From Bdellovibrionales bacterium (lineage in GTDB: Bacteria > Bdellovibrionota > Bdellovibrionia > Bdellovibrionales > UBA1609), in NCBI GenBank assembly GCA_965200875.1, contig OZ241456.1, forward strand, positions 320,001 to 384,000: 64,000 nt of DNA, read 5' to 3'. Below the pieces are notes generated by a model that did no database searches, was not told the origin of the DNA, and saw nothing but the letters and a program-made list of their open reading frames with translations. Position 1 is the stretch's first letter. Every line of letters starts with the position of its first letter. The position numbers and the translations under genes are program-made. This document shows positions 39,515-49,526 of the stretch, piece after piece.

Positions 39515-40269
39515 CCAAACCGGCCAGTAATATACGATTCTGTTTTGGCTTTCCCCGGCTTAGTAAATATTTGTGAGGTTTTTCCATATTCTATCAATTT
39601 TCCAGAAAGTAAAAAAGCGGTTTTATCTGAAATGCGGGATGCTTGTTGCATATTGTGGGTGACAATAATGACTGTAACAGTTTTTTTAAGCTGTTGAATG
39701 AGATTTTCAATACGAGAGGTGGATATGGGATCCAAAGCCGAAGTGGGTTCATCCATTAAAACCACAGAAGGATTAATAGCCAGCGCGCGGGCAATGCAGA
39801 GTCTTTGTTGTTGTCCCCCGGAAAGAGAAGTTCCTGGACGTTTTAAAATATCTTTCACTTCCTCCCAAAGCGCGGATTGTTTAAGAGAGTTTTCCACTTT
39901 CTCATATAGAGCTTTTCTTTTCACTCCCATCAATTTAAGCCCCAATGCCACATTATCAAAAATACTTAAACCCGGAAAAGGGTTTGGTTTTTGAAAAACC
40001 ATCCCCACTTTTCTGCGAACCAAAACCGGATCAATATTTGTTTCATAAATATTTTGACCGGCCAATAAAACCTGACCCTGAATACCCGCCCCTGGTGCTT
40101 CTTCGTGCATACGATTCAAACATCGTAAAAAAGTAGATTTTCCGCACCCGGAAGGACCAATAAGTGCCACCACTTTATGAACAGGAATTTTCATATTAAT
40201 TTTTTTCAAAACCGGTACAGAAAAAAAATCAGCACTCAGGTCCTGAATTTTTACAAGTATATTTTCCAT
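39511..40269 (-). CDS. pstB: Phosphate ABC transporter ATPase
   Basis: [17 protein letters not shown] and [13 protein letters not shown] motifs. Confidence 0.95.
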   Translation of the reverse strand: MENILVKIQDLSADFFSVPVLKKINMKIPVHKVVALIGPSGCGKSTFLRCLNRMHEEAPGAGIQGQVLLAGQNIYETNIDPVLVRRKVGMVFQKPNPFPGLSIFDNVALGLKLMGVKRKALYEKVENSLKQSALWEEVKDILKRPGTSLSGGQQQRLCIARALAINPSVVLMDEPTSALDPISTSRIENLIQQLKKTVTVIIVTHNMQQASRISDKTAFLLSGKLIEYGKTSQIFTKPGKAKTESYITGRFG

Positions 40270-40275
40270 AGTTTT

Positions 40276-41172
40276 TTATTTCCGCATAGGCGGAAATCCC
40301 TTCACTCCATCTCTTTTATAAAAAAATAAAATCACTCTGGTAAAAAAATTAATAAAAAACACAAAAAAAACCAACACCAAAGCCCCCGCCCAAGCTTGTT
40401 TTTCCATTTCCTCAAAAGGCCCTTTGGAAAGCTCATATATCTGTACAGGCAAGGTGGCTATAGGTTCATTTAAATTCCTTACATGGTACTGATTGCCCAA
40501 GGCTGTAAATAAAAGAGGAGCTGTTTCTCCGGCAATACGGGCAATAGAAAGCATGATTACTGTTACAAGCATACTTAAAGCACCGGGTATAATAATACGT
40601 GTTATCACTTTCCACCGGGGAATCCCCAAGGCCAAGCCAGCCTCCCGAATATGATGAGGGATGATTTTCAAAATTTCCTCTGTTCCGCGCGCTACGACAG
40701 GCAACATAATCAGCAACAAGGCTGACGCGCCAGCATAAGCGGAGAACCCGTATCTGACCACAAAGACAACATAAATAAAAATACCTACAACGATAGATGG
40801 AGCACTGATCAACAGATCCACCACAAATCGAAGAGTTTTCGCAGTTTTGGTATGTTTATACTCACTTAAGTAAACCCCCATTCCCATCCCCCAGGGAATA
40901 CCAAAGATACTGGTCATTCCCACAACGATAGCACTCCCTAAGAGAGCATTGGACATTCCTCCTCCTTTTTCTCCAGGAGGTTTTGGGAGCTGAGTAAAAA
41001 AATCCCAGTTTAAAGCGGAGATTCCTTTTTCTAAAACATAATAAACTATAAATAAAAATGGAACCGCTGCGGTGAAGCTGAGAAAAAACAAGCAACCTAT
41101 CATAAAAGAATTACACCATTTTCGCCATCTATCCCTCAAAGATAAGGGCTTTCTTTCTTTTTTGTTCTTCAT
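40276..41172 (-). CDS. pstA: Phosphate ABC transporter permease PstA
   Basis: PSIVVG and ARIAGETAPL motifs. Confidence 0.93.
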   Translation of the reverse strand: MKNKKERKPLSLRDRWRKWCNSFMIGCLFFLSFTAAVPFLFIVYYVLEKGISALNWDFFTQLPKPPGEKGGGMSNALLGSAIVVGMTSIFGIPWGMGMGVYLSEYKHTKTAKTLRFVVDLLISAPSIVVGIFIYVVFVVRYGFSAYAGASALLLIMLPVVARGTEEILKIIPHHIREAGLALGIPRWKVITRIIIPGALSMLVTVIMLSIARIAGETAPLLFTALGNQYHVRNLNEPIATLPVQIYELSKGPFEEMEKQAWAGALVLVFFVFFINFFTRVILFFYKRDGVKGFPPMRK

Positions 41173-41281
41173 ATTTTTTCCTCAATAAATTTTATTAACA
41201 CTTTTTTTGTATATTCTCCAAGTTTACCTCTTAGTAGATCACAGATCGACCTTTTTTAAAGGTTCTCTTTTCCAATTTAGC

Positions 41282-42325
41282 TTAACTTTTTCCTCCACGC
41301 ATCCTAGCTGGTCCCTGTGTGGAATAAAATTTTTTTTCCATTCTCCACACCAACAACAAAGCTAAAGCATTAATCAATAAAGAAAGAAAAAACAAAGAAA
41401 ACCCCACCGCTGTTAGGGAAGCTAGGTGCAGTTCATTATCTGCTTCTGCATATTGATTGGCCAGAATGCTGGCCATAGTTTGAGCAGGTTCAAAAAGAGA
41501 GGCTTTAATGGAAATCGCATTGCCTATCACCATAGTAACCGCCATAGTTTCTCCTAGGGCGCGCCCTAAACCCATAATGACTGCTCCGACAATGCCAGTA
41601 AACCCTCCTCTTAAAACCGCTATTTTCAGCATCTCCCAGCGAGTGGCCCCTAAGCCTAAAACCGCTTCTCTGTTAGATTCAGGAATAGTGCGAAACACTT
41701 CCCGACACACAGAGGAAATGGTGGGTATAATCATGATGGCCAAAATCACCCCGCCACACATCATTCCCACACCATAGTAAGCCCCCTGAAAAAAAGGCAA
41801 GAAGGAAAAATATTCAGATAAAAAATATTGAATGTAATCCCTGAGGATAGGAGCCAGAACAAAAAGCCCCCATAAACCGTATACAACAGAAGGAACTGCA
41901 GCCAGCATTTCCACAATGAAACTCAAAGGTTTTGCCAGCCATTTTGGAGCCAGTTCACTCAGAAAAAGAGCCACCCCTATACTGATCGGCACAGCTAATA
42001 ACAAAGCCAGAAAGGAAGTGACAGCCGTGCCGTAAATCAAGGAAAGAGCACCAAAACTTTTTGTCCAATTATTCCAATCGGGATTAATAAAGAATTTCAT
42101 GCCAAAATGAGAAAAAGCCGGCCAAGACATTTGAAAAATCACAGCCAACATATAAAAAAACAAAAAAATAAGAGACCAAGAAAAACCCTTGAGAACAAAA
42201 TAAAAAAGACGATCTTGAATATGAATGTCTTTTTTTTTGATATTTTTCCGATTAAAAACTTCTAGGACGGAATTTTCTTTTTGCAAAGGCCATTGGTTTG
42301 GAGATTTGACCTCTTTCATAATCAT
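41282..42325 (-). CDS. pstC: Phosphate ABC transporter permease PstC
   Basis: PSVVYGLWG and GRALGETMAV motifs. Confidence 0.93.
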   Translation of the reverse strand: MIMKEVKSPNQWPLQKENSVLEVFNRKNIKKKDIHIQDRLFYFVLKGFSWSLIFLFFYMLAVIFQMSWPAFSHFGMKFFINPDWNNWTKSFGALSLIYGTAVTSFLALLLAVPISIGVALFLSELAPKWLAKPLSFIVEMLAAVPSVVYGLWGLFVLAPILRDYIQYFLSEYFSFLPFFQGAYYGVGMMCGGVILAIMIIPTISSVCREVFRTIPESNREAVLGLGATRWEMLKIAVLRGGFTGIVGAVIMGLGRALGETMAVTMVIGNAISIKASLFEPAQTMASILANQYAEADNELHLASLTAVGFSLFFLSLLINALALLLVWRMEKKFYSTQGPARMRGGKS

Positions 42326-42357
42326 CTCACTCCCAAGAGGAAAAAATAAAACTCGGG

Positions 42358-43416
42358 TTAAGTTTTTTTATCATCATCTTTGTTGTCATTAACTTTAATC
42401 GTCTGGATTCTGGTTTTCACTTCTTGTATGACTAGCTGGGGGAGAGGGATGTAATGCAATTTCTCACAAAAACCTTGTCCCACACTCAAGTACCAATTCA
42501 AAAACCGCACCAATGCTTTTCCTTTTTCAGAAAACATTTCCTTATATACCAGTAAATAAGTGTAGGAAGACATGGGATAAACACCATTTCCTCTGGCGAC
42601 AACAAGGGGTTGAAACAGATCATTTGTTTTTTTTAACATTTGTTTTGCAGAAGCAGTGACAGTTTGAATGTCAGCTTTTACAAAGTGCCCTGACATATTT
42701 TGCACTTCTGCCATCTGGAGATTGCGATCAACGGCGTAGCTCATAGCCACATAACCTATAGCCCCCGGTATTTTTTGCACCAAACCCATCACTCCTTCAT
42801 TTCCTTTTCCCCCCACTCCCGTGATCCAATTCACAGCTTTTCCTTTGCCCGCTTTTTTGAGCCATTTTTGTGAAAACTGAGAAAGATACTCCGTAAAAAC
42901 TGCTGTAGTACCACTTCCATCCGCACGATAGATGGGAACAATATTTTTATCAGGTAACGGAACACTGGGGTTTATTTTACGGATATCTTTATGATTCCAC
43001 TTGGTGATTTTTTTCATATAGATATCTACCAATATTTGGGCAGTTAAACGCAGGCTTGTTTTTTTTAGAGAGGGAAGGTTATAGCTGATGATTACAGCCC
43101 CCAGAGCAGTAGGCAGGTGTAAAATTTCTTTTTTTGACTTTTGCATTTGCTCTTTTGGCATGGGAACATCTGTTGCCCCAAAATCTAAAGCACCGGTTAA
43201 AAACTGCCGGATCCCACCGCCACTTCCAATAGAGCGATAATTAATCATGATATCCGGGTCTGCTTTTCTGTATTCTAAAAACCATTTGGAATACAGAATA
43301 TAAGGGAAAGAAGCTCCCGCGCCGTTTATCAAAAGCGGACGTTTTACTGTTGGTTTTCCCGGAGCGTATAAAGGGAAAAAGCCAATCAAGATAAAAATAA
43401 ACCAGAAAGAACGCAA
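42358..43416 (-). CDS. pstS: Phosphate-binding protein PstS
   Basis: GAGASFP, GSGGG and RADGSGTT motifs. Confidence 0.93.
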   Translation of the reverse strand: MRSFWFIFILIGFFPLYAPGKPTVKRPLLINGAGASFPYILYSKWFLEYRKADPDIMINYRSIGSGGGIRQFLTGALDFGATDVPMPKEQMQKSKKEILHLPTALGAVIISYNLPSLKKTSLRLTAQILVDIYMKKITKWNHKDIRKINPSVPLPDKNIVPIYRADGSGTTAVFTEYLSQFSQKWLKKAGKGKAVNWITGVGGKGNEGVMGLVQKIPGAIGYVAMSYAVDRNLQMAEVQNMSGHFVKADIQTVTASAKQMLKKTNDLFQPLVVARGNGVYPMSSYTYLLVYKEMFSEKGKALVRFLNWYLSVGQGFCEKLHYIPLPQLVIQEVKTRIQTIKVNDNKDDDKKT

Positions 43417-43513
43417 AATGAAAAACCTTTTTTTATTTTTTTAAGCCTGTGCGGGAGAGGTGTTGATTATTCACATATTCTTTTAACCCGCTCTCCCGGT
43501 GAAATTACAACAG

Positions 43514-43546
43514 ATAAAATTAAAAAATTATTAAATTTATGTTAAA
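43514..43546 (-). promoter_or_regulatory. Putative Pho box (three 11-bp direct repeats)
   Basis: TTTAACATAAA / TTTAATAATTT / TTTAATTTTAT upstream of pstS. Confidence 0.55.
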
Positions 43547-43569
43547 CTTCACAAGTCAAAGAAGGATTT

Positions 43570-44313
43570 ATGACTAGATTGAGCGTAAATGTCAATAAAA
43601 TTGCCACTCTTCGCAATTCACGGGGAAAAAATCAACCCAATCTGGTAGAAGCTGTCAAAAAACTGATTCATTTCGGTGTAACAGGAATTACTGTTCATCC
43701 GCGCCCAGATGGTCGCCATATTCTTTACAAAGATGTACGACAAATTAAAAAACAGCTCAAAAAACACCCAAAAGTGGAGCTGAATGTGGAAGGTTATCCC
43801 AGTGCGGAATTTATGACTTTAATAGAGGAGGTAAAACCTGCCCAATGCACTCTGGTCCCAGATTCAGAGGTTGTGTTGACATCCAATGCGGGATGGAAAA
43901 TCCAGAAAAACTTTCCCTTGTTGGAACATATCCTTAAAGTCCTGAAAAAAAATAAAATTCGATCATCCTTGTTTATAGACCCTTTTACCTTCAAAAAAAA
44001 GGAGTTGGAATTGCTAGTTGAGCTTATGCCTAAGAGGGTGGAACTTTATACAGAAGCTTATGCAAACGCTTTTTTTACTCGGGAAAAAGATCATGTGATC
44101 CGCACTTATATTTCCACAGCTAAAAAACTTATAAACCACGGACTGGAATTAAACGCCGGACATGATCTGAATTTGAACAATCTAACCTGGTTTTTAAAAA
44201 AAATTCCTCACATTAAAGAAGTTTCCATTGGTCATGCTTTAATTTGTGAATCTCTTTACCAAGGTTTGGAAACCGTGGTGAAAAAATATTTAAAAATCTG
44301 TCGTGGTCATTAA
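43570..44313 (+). CDS. pdxJ: Pyridoxine 5'-phosphate synthase
   Basis: LSVNVNKIATLRN, GITVHPRPD and NAGHDL motifs. Confidence 0.93.
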   Translation: MTRLSVNVNKIATLRNSRGKNQPNLVEAVKKLIHFGVTGITVHPRPDGRHILYKDVRQIKKQLKKHPKVELNVEGYPSAEFMTLIEEVKPAQCTLVPDSEVVLTSNAGWKIQKNFPLLEHILKVLKKNKIRSSLFIDPFTFKKKELELLVELMPKRVELYTEAYANAFFTREKDHVIRTYISTAKKLINHGLELNAGHDLNLNNLTWFLKKIPHIKEVSIGHALICESLYQGLETVVKKYLKICRGH

Positions 44314-44360
44314 ATAACAAACTCTTGTGGAAAAAGAGCTGAACTGATATATAAAGGGAT

Positions 44361-44753
44361 ATGAGAAAAACTTTAAAACAACCCGTGCCTTTATCTGACA
44401 TTTTACATACTTTTTTTCAGGATCGCCTCAATAAAACTGATCAGGGGATAGAAATAAAGCTTTGGCAAAACTGGTCTCAATTTGCTACACCGGAAGTTTT
44501 AAAATGTGCCAAACCTGTCAATTATCAAAATGGTAGATTAATTTTATGGGTGGCTCATTCTGTGGAGCTTCAGGAGTTGAGTTTTCATCTGGAAGACCTG
44601 AAGCAGGCGATCAACAGTTATTTTAAAAAAAATTGGGTTAAAGACATTTATTTTACCGTTAATAAAGATCTCTTGAACAAAAAAGAAAACTCCTTGAAAT
44701 TTCTTCAAAAAATATCCAAAGAATCCGCACCGGTTTATAAAAAAATCAAGTAA
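44361..44753 (+). CDS. DUF721/DciA family protein
   Basis: W..W...(KP)...GRLILWV...QELSF pattern. Confidence 0.7.
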   Translation: MRKTLKQPVPLSDILHTFFQDRLNKTDQGIEIKLWQNWSQFATPEVLKCAKPVNYQNGRLILWVAHSVELQELSFHLEDLKQAINSYFKKNWVKDIYFTVNKDLLNKKENSLKFLQKISKESAPVYKKIK

Positions 44754-44775
44754 TAACAGTGCGTTAACACCTTTT

Positions 44776-47700
44776 TCACGCCCGACTAGTGAGTTGGCAA
44801 AAGAGGTTCATTAGTTTCATATTGGGGATGGATCGAATATGAGTGTCTGCCACATTTTTGGAGCCTACGATAAGCGAAAGGCACCGGGCGCGGGATAAAG
44901 CCACATTCAGACGATTTTTATTGAGCAAAAAAGAAATGCCTCTTGGTGCGTCCTGAATAGTGGAAGCGCAAAGGGAAAGAATGCAAACGGGTGCTTCCTG
45001 ACCTTGAAATTTATCCACAGAAGCTACACGGGCGGAATCCTGAACTAACACCTTCTTTATGCAAGCAACTTGTACATTATAAGGAGCGACAATTAAAATA
45101 TCCTTGGTGGTTATGGGCTTGGTTTTTCCTTCCCTGTTGATCCACTTTGCCCTTAAAAGCTCTTTATAAAGAGCACCAATCACTTGAGCCTCCTCCATTG
45201 AGGAATGAGTGTTTCCTGAATGTTCCACAGGTATAAAACAGATTCCCGCTTCTGGGATCTTCAGCTTTAAACCAGTTTGGCTTAAACTCTCCGGGAGAAG
45301 AACTTTTTGCTGACTCGTGGTGGGATGATTTGTAAGCTCTCCCTTATAAAAATAATCCGAGACAAATTGGCAAATCCCCTCGTGCATACGATAAGAAACT
45401 GGCAAAAATACCCCTTTGTCCTTGGAAATAGTGGTACTTCCTTCAGTGTAGTAAGTGAGAGCGGAAAGTCCTGACTCTCCGGGATGAACAGCCTGTTGAG
45501 GCTGATCCAATTGATTTTGATCCCCAATGAGGATAAGGTTTTTGCCCGCACGCGCGCCAGCCACCAGATTGGCGAGACTCACTTGGGAAGCTTCATCCAC
45601 AAACAGGTAATCATAAGAGGATTCCTGTTCTTCCCTTGAGAAAAAAAAGGTCGTACCACCCACCACCCGGGCACTTTGTTTGACTTTGTTGCCATTAACC
45701 AGCTCCACCGGCAGGTTTTGAAAAAAAAGTTTTTCTTCCTCTGATTCTTTTGAAGATTTTACTTTTTGGCATTGAAAAAAAAATTTTTCTTTATTTTGTT
45801 CGAAAATGGTTTTTAAAACATTTGAAATGGCTTTATGGGAATTAGCTGTCACCCCCACTCTTTTGCCATTTTTTACCAAGTGTAAAATCATATAAGCCAC
45901 TGTGTAGGTTTTGCCTGTACCGGGAGGGCCTTGAATGCAAAAAACAGAGTCATTTAAATTTAAAGCATGCGTGGATATTTTTTCTATAAGATTTTCCGAG
46001 TTTAAAACAAGCGGGCCTTTATGGTTTGGCAGGCTTGGTTTTTCCCTCAATAAAAGATCATGAATACATTTTTTTAAACCGAAATGAGAGGAGGAAGAGG
46101 AAAATTCATTAGCTGTTTTCAACAAGGATCTAAAAATATTTACTTTGTAGTAATCATTTTTTTCTGGTCCTAAGGTGAAAAAGCCATGCGCAGGAATATT
46201 GTTTTCTTTAGGAGCTTTAAGCCATAAAATTCCATTAATTAAATCCAGTTTCAAAAGGGTGTGGGTATTGCGCGTATTATTATTATTTTTATCTTCATTT
46301 TTCGAAAGCACAATCACTTTGTCTTCTTCTGTGAAGCCAATTTCCTGTTCTCTTTCAAACTGTATTTTACAGGACTCTTCGTTAAGTTCCAAGAGACGGC
46401 AGAAGGCAATGGTGTTTCTATCCTCCAGCAGTTGCTCTTCATTCATGTCTCGGCGGGAAAAGTAATCCCACCACCCGGGTTTTTCCTCTCTTATATGAAA
46501 CATCAGTAAATCCGAAAGAAGTCTGGTAAGATAATTTTTTTTGTCAACCAAGGAAACAGGTTTTGGCAAAATGGGTTTTTCTCCCTTTAAGGGCAAATGT
46601 TTTGAAATGCTCATCTCTTCCGGGTTGCTTTGGCTTAAAAGCTCTTTGGCTTTTTCTTCGCATTTTCCACGAATGCCCTCCCGATGATATTCCTGATTGT
46701 TTTCCTCTTCTTTGTGAGGAATGTATTTAATTCTGTGTGTTTCCTGCTGTTTCCATAGAAACTGACAAAGTTTTTTTGTGGAGACGCAGTCATCCCGGTT
46801 ATAAGCATTTATTTTTTTTAAAAAAGGAGAGTTTTCTCTATTGTCATCAGTATTCAGGAAATGAAAAAACAGCACAGCAGACTCCCCGCCAGTTTTTACT
46901 TCTGTATTTCTTTTCTTGTAATAAAGGTTTTCCACTTCTTTTAAGGAATAAGATAATACACCTATGCGAAGGCTTTGAATCACTATTCTGTGTAAATCCA
47001 CAAATATGTGATTTCTTAAGAGGTTATCCACTTCTTGCTCTCTTGTGCCGTATTTTCCCATGAGTCTTTTTATTGTGGAGGTTTCATAGTGTCCGTAATG
47101 GTAAATGTGCATACCGGGGTTTTCCCTCCATCTGTGATATACCCAATCCATCCATTTTTGAAACGCTTTGACTTCTTCCTGTTCGCTTAAAGCCCAGAAA
47201 CAGATAAATCCGGGCTGTTCCTTTACAGCATTGCCGTATAGATATTCCAGACCTTCCTCTCCTAGGAGAGGGTAGCCTTCCATATCAAAAAACACATCTG
47301 CTGGGTGTGAGGGAGGGAGTGTCTCCAATCCCTTTCTTTCTCCGGTGTGAGGCAGAACTTCGAAGTCAGGTCTGTTTTTTCCTTTGGATTTTAACTGTAT
47401 TTTTGCCTGTTCTTTTAAAGTTTCGAAAGTGGCTATAGGTATATTTTTTACTTTATCTCCTGAGTATAAAGCCAGCTCAGAAAGTTTTTTTATTCCCGCT
47501 CTTTTTAAAAGAGTGGAATGAGCGGAGCGAATGCCGGCTGTTAAGGAAATATCATCTAGCTGATGTAGTCTTTTTTTGGCAAAGAGGCTCCAGTCCCGGT
47601 GCTGAGCGGTTTTGTCCGGTATGGGTAGTGAGTCCTTAGAAAAATGGGAATGGTAGTGTAAAAATTCTTCTTTTAAAAAATTGTAAAAAGAGAAAAAATC

Positions 47701-48258
47701 TTTGGTTTTAAAAAAATGCTCTTTTGAAGATTTTGTGACAATCACAAACTCAGGAGGCAATACTCCCTGAATAAATTGCAACATATCACAATAACAGCAA
47801 AGCTGAATCAAAGCCGTGGGTTTTGGATGTCTTGCGATTTTAAAATCATAAGGAATATAGTAATGATTTCCCAAGATGGAAGGGCCTTTTTGCTTGACCA
47901 AAAGATCAACATACCCAAATATTTTTTCTTTTTCAATAGCGGCTTGGTAAATTTTTTCTTCACCGTCTTTCATGGCTTTTCGGGTTTTCTGAAGGGCTTT
48001 TATATGTGTTTCTTTTTCCACTCTAAAAATAAATTGGTCTTTTTCCATTTTATTGATAAGATTTTCTTCGTGTTTATTTCCCAGATCTTTTATAAGCTCA
48101 TAAAGTGGATCGGAGGGATCGCGATGCACCCCAAGATCTTTTAGGGTTTCCTTGGAGGCAATTTTTTCAAAATGATCCATATAAGAGGAAAATTCAGATT
48201 CAAAAAACTGAACCAGATCTGATGGGGAAAAAGTGATTTTATTAGGAAAAATATTCAT
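44776..48258 (-). CDS. TM0106-family RecB-like nuclease / RNase H-like / SF1 (Upf1/DNA2-like) helicase fusion
   Basis: FSPSDL, DLL...YDFK, FFDMEG, YSLKEVE, YNRDDC, QGPPGTGKT, VDEASQ, SVDKFQGQE and RLNVALSRAR motifs; likely ATG at 48258. Confidence 0.88.
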   Translation of the reverse strand: MNIFPNKITFSPSDLVQFFESEFSSYMDHFEKIASKETLKDLGVHRDPSDPLYELIKDLGNKHEENLINKMEKDQFIFRVEKETHIKALQKTRKAMKDGEEKIYQAAIEKEKIFGYVDLLVKQKGPSILGNHYYIPYDFKIARHPKPTALIQLCCYCDMLQFIQGVLPPEFVIVTKSSKEHFFKTKDFFSFYNFLKEEFLHYHSHFSKDSLPIPDKTAQHRDWSLFAKKRLHQLDDISLTAGIRSAHSTLLKRAGIKKLSELALYSGDKVKNIPIATFETLKEQAKIQLKSKGKNRPDFEVLPHTGERKGLETLPPSHPADVFFDMEGYPLLGEEGLEYLYGNAVKEQPGFICFWALSEQEEVKAFQKWMDWVYHRWRENPGMHIYHYGHYETSTIKRLMGKYGTREQEVDNLLRNHIFVDLHRIVIQSLRIGVLSYSLKEVENLYYKKRNTEVKTGGESAVLFFHFLNTDDNRENSPFLKKINAYNRDDCVSTKKLCQFLWKQQETHRIKYIPHKEEENNQEYHREGIRGKCEEKAKELLSQSNPEEMSISKHLPLKGEKPILPKPVSLVDKKNYLTRLLSDLLMFHIREEKPGWWDYFSRRDMNEEQLLEDRNTIAFCRLLELNEESCKIQFEREQEIGFTEEDKVIVLSKNEDKNNNNTRNTHTLLKLDLINGILWLKAPKENNIPAHGFFTLGPEKNDYYKVNIFRSLLKTANEFSSSSSHFGLKKCIHDLLLREKPSLPNHKGPLVLNSENLIEKISTHALNLNDSVFCIQGPPGTGKTYTVAYMILHLVKNGKRVGVTANSHKAISNVLKTIFEQNKEKFFFQCQKVKSSKESEEEKLFFQNLPVELVNGNKVKQSARVVGGTTFFFSREEQESSYDYLFVDEASQVSLANLVAGARAGKNLILIGDQNQLDQPQQAVHPGESGLSALTYYTEGSTTISKDKGVFLPVSYRMHEGICQFVSDYFYKGELTNHPTTSQQKVLLPESLSQTGLKLKIPEAGICFIPVEHSGNTHSSMEEAQVIGALYKELLRAKWINREGKTKPITTKDILIVAPYNVQVACIKKVLVQDSARVASVDKFQGQEAPVCILSLCASTIQDAPRGISFLLNKNRLNVALSRARCLSLIVGSKNVADTHIRSIPNMKLMNLFCQLTSRA

Positions 48259-48367
48259 AAAGCGGACTGTAACAAATAAACAATCGTTCGGGAAGAAGCT
48301 GTTAACATATTGTTTATAATTTGATTTTTTTATAATTTTCTGGAAACATAGCAAGGTTTTACAACGA

Positions 48368-49474
48368 ATGAAGGAAAAAAAAAGCTATAAAACTATCCGA
48401 AAAATCAATGCTGATTTAAAAGCTCACGGAGTGTATTTTTCTGAAAAACTGCCTTCATTTAATCAGGTTTTAAAATCCTTTGAAAGAGACCTTTCTTTTT
48501 CTAAGAGTGATATAAAACCAATGGTGGTTTGCGATCGAAAACTAAAGCATGGAAAAGAAGTGAAGTTATGGTTAAAAAATTATCCGGTTTATTTTGTCTC
48601 AGGGGGGGAACAGTTAAAAACTCTAGAAAATTTTTCCAAGCATGTAAACAGTCTTTTAAGGAAAACAAAAACGGAAAACATTTCAGGGTTTATCAGTCTT
48701 GGGGGAGGAAGTGTGGGGGATTTTACAGGCTTTCTCGCCAGTGTGTATAAACGAGGTACTATGCTTGCTCATATTCCCACTACATGGCTTTCCGCTTTGG
48801 ATTCCGCACATGGCGGAAAAACCGCTTTAAATATCGGTCCCGTTAAAAATGTGTTGGGTACTTACTTTTTTCCAAAAGCGGTGTTTATTGTGAAGAAGAT
48901 GTTTTCTTCTTTGCCGAAACGGGAAATAGAATCCGCCAAAGGGGAATTAATAAAAATCTCCTTAATAGAGGGAGGGGAGCTTTACGAAAAATGTTTTAAA
49001 AAGAAATGGCCAGAGGATATATGGAGTTTTTTGCCCCAAGCTGTTCTCGCGAAAATAAAAATAGTGGAAAAAGATCCTTACGGAAAAAAAGGTTATCGCC
49101 AAAATCTTAACTTAGGCCATACTTTAGGTCATACTTTGGAATCTTATTTTAGTTTGGCACACGGAAGTGCTGTGATGTATGGTCTTGTTTTTGCTCTTTT
49201 ATGGAGCCATAGCCGGTTCACTTTTTCTCCGGGTTTTTTGAAAGAAATATCCTTTTTGATGAGAAAAAAAACTCAGCTGAACTTTTATTTAAAAAATCTG
49301 CCGGAAGGAATATTAAGAAAACTCCTTTTACAGGATAAAAAACGAGTGGATAAACAGAGTATTCAATTTATTTTTCTGAAAGGACCTGGGAAAGTTTTTT
49401 CAGAAAATGTTTCTGTAAGAGAGATAATAAAAGAGACAGAGAGGCAACTCTTCCTTAATCCTGATAGCTTATAA
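48368..49474 (+). CDS. aroB: 3-dehydroquinate synthase family protein
   Basis: LGGGSVGD, IPTT...DSAHGGK and LNLGHTLGH motifs. Confidence 0.85.
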   Translation: MKEKKSYKTIRKINADLKAHGVYFSEKLPSFNQVLKSFERDLSFSKSDIKPMVVCDRKLKHGKEVKLWLKNYPVYFVSGGEQLKTLENFSKHVNSLLRKTKTENISGFISLGGGSVGDFTGFLASVYKRGTMLAHIPTTWLSALDSAHGGKTALNIGPVKNVLGTYFFPKAVFIVKKMFSSLPKREIESAKGELIKISLIEGGELYEKCFKKKWPEDIWSFLPQAVLAKIKIVEKDPYGKKGYRQNLNLGHTLGHTLESYFSLAHGSAVMYGLVFALLWSHSRFTFSPGFLKEISFLMRKKTQLNFYLKNLPEGILRKLLLQDKKRVDKQSIQFIFLKGPGKVFSENVSVREIIKETERQLFLNPDSL

Positions 49475-49526
49475 ACATAAGTTTTGATACTTATTGAGCT
49501 GTATAAGATTAATGAGCATAAAAATT

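Noticed and set aside
43520..43547. dif-like site (TTATGTTAAA, XerD arm)
   Set aside because: No convincing XerC arm; better explained as part of the 11-bp Pho-box repeats.
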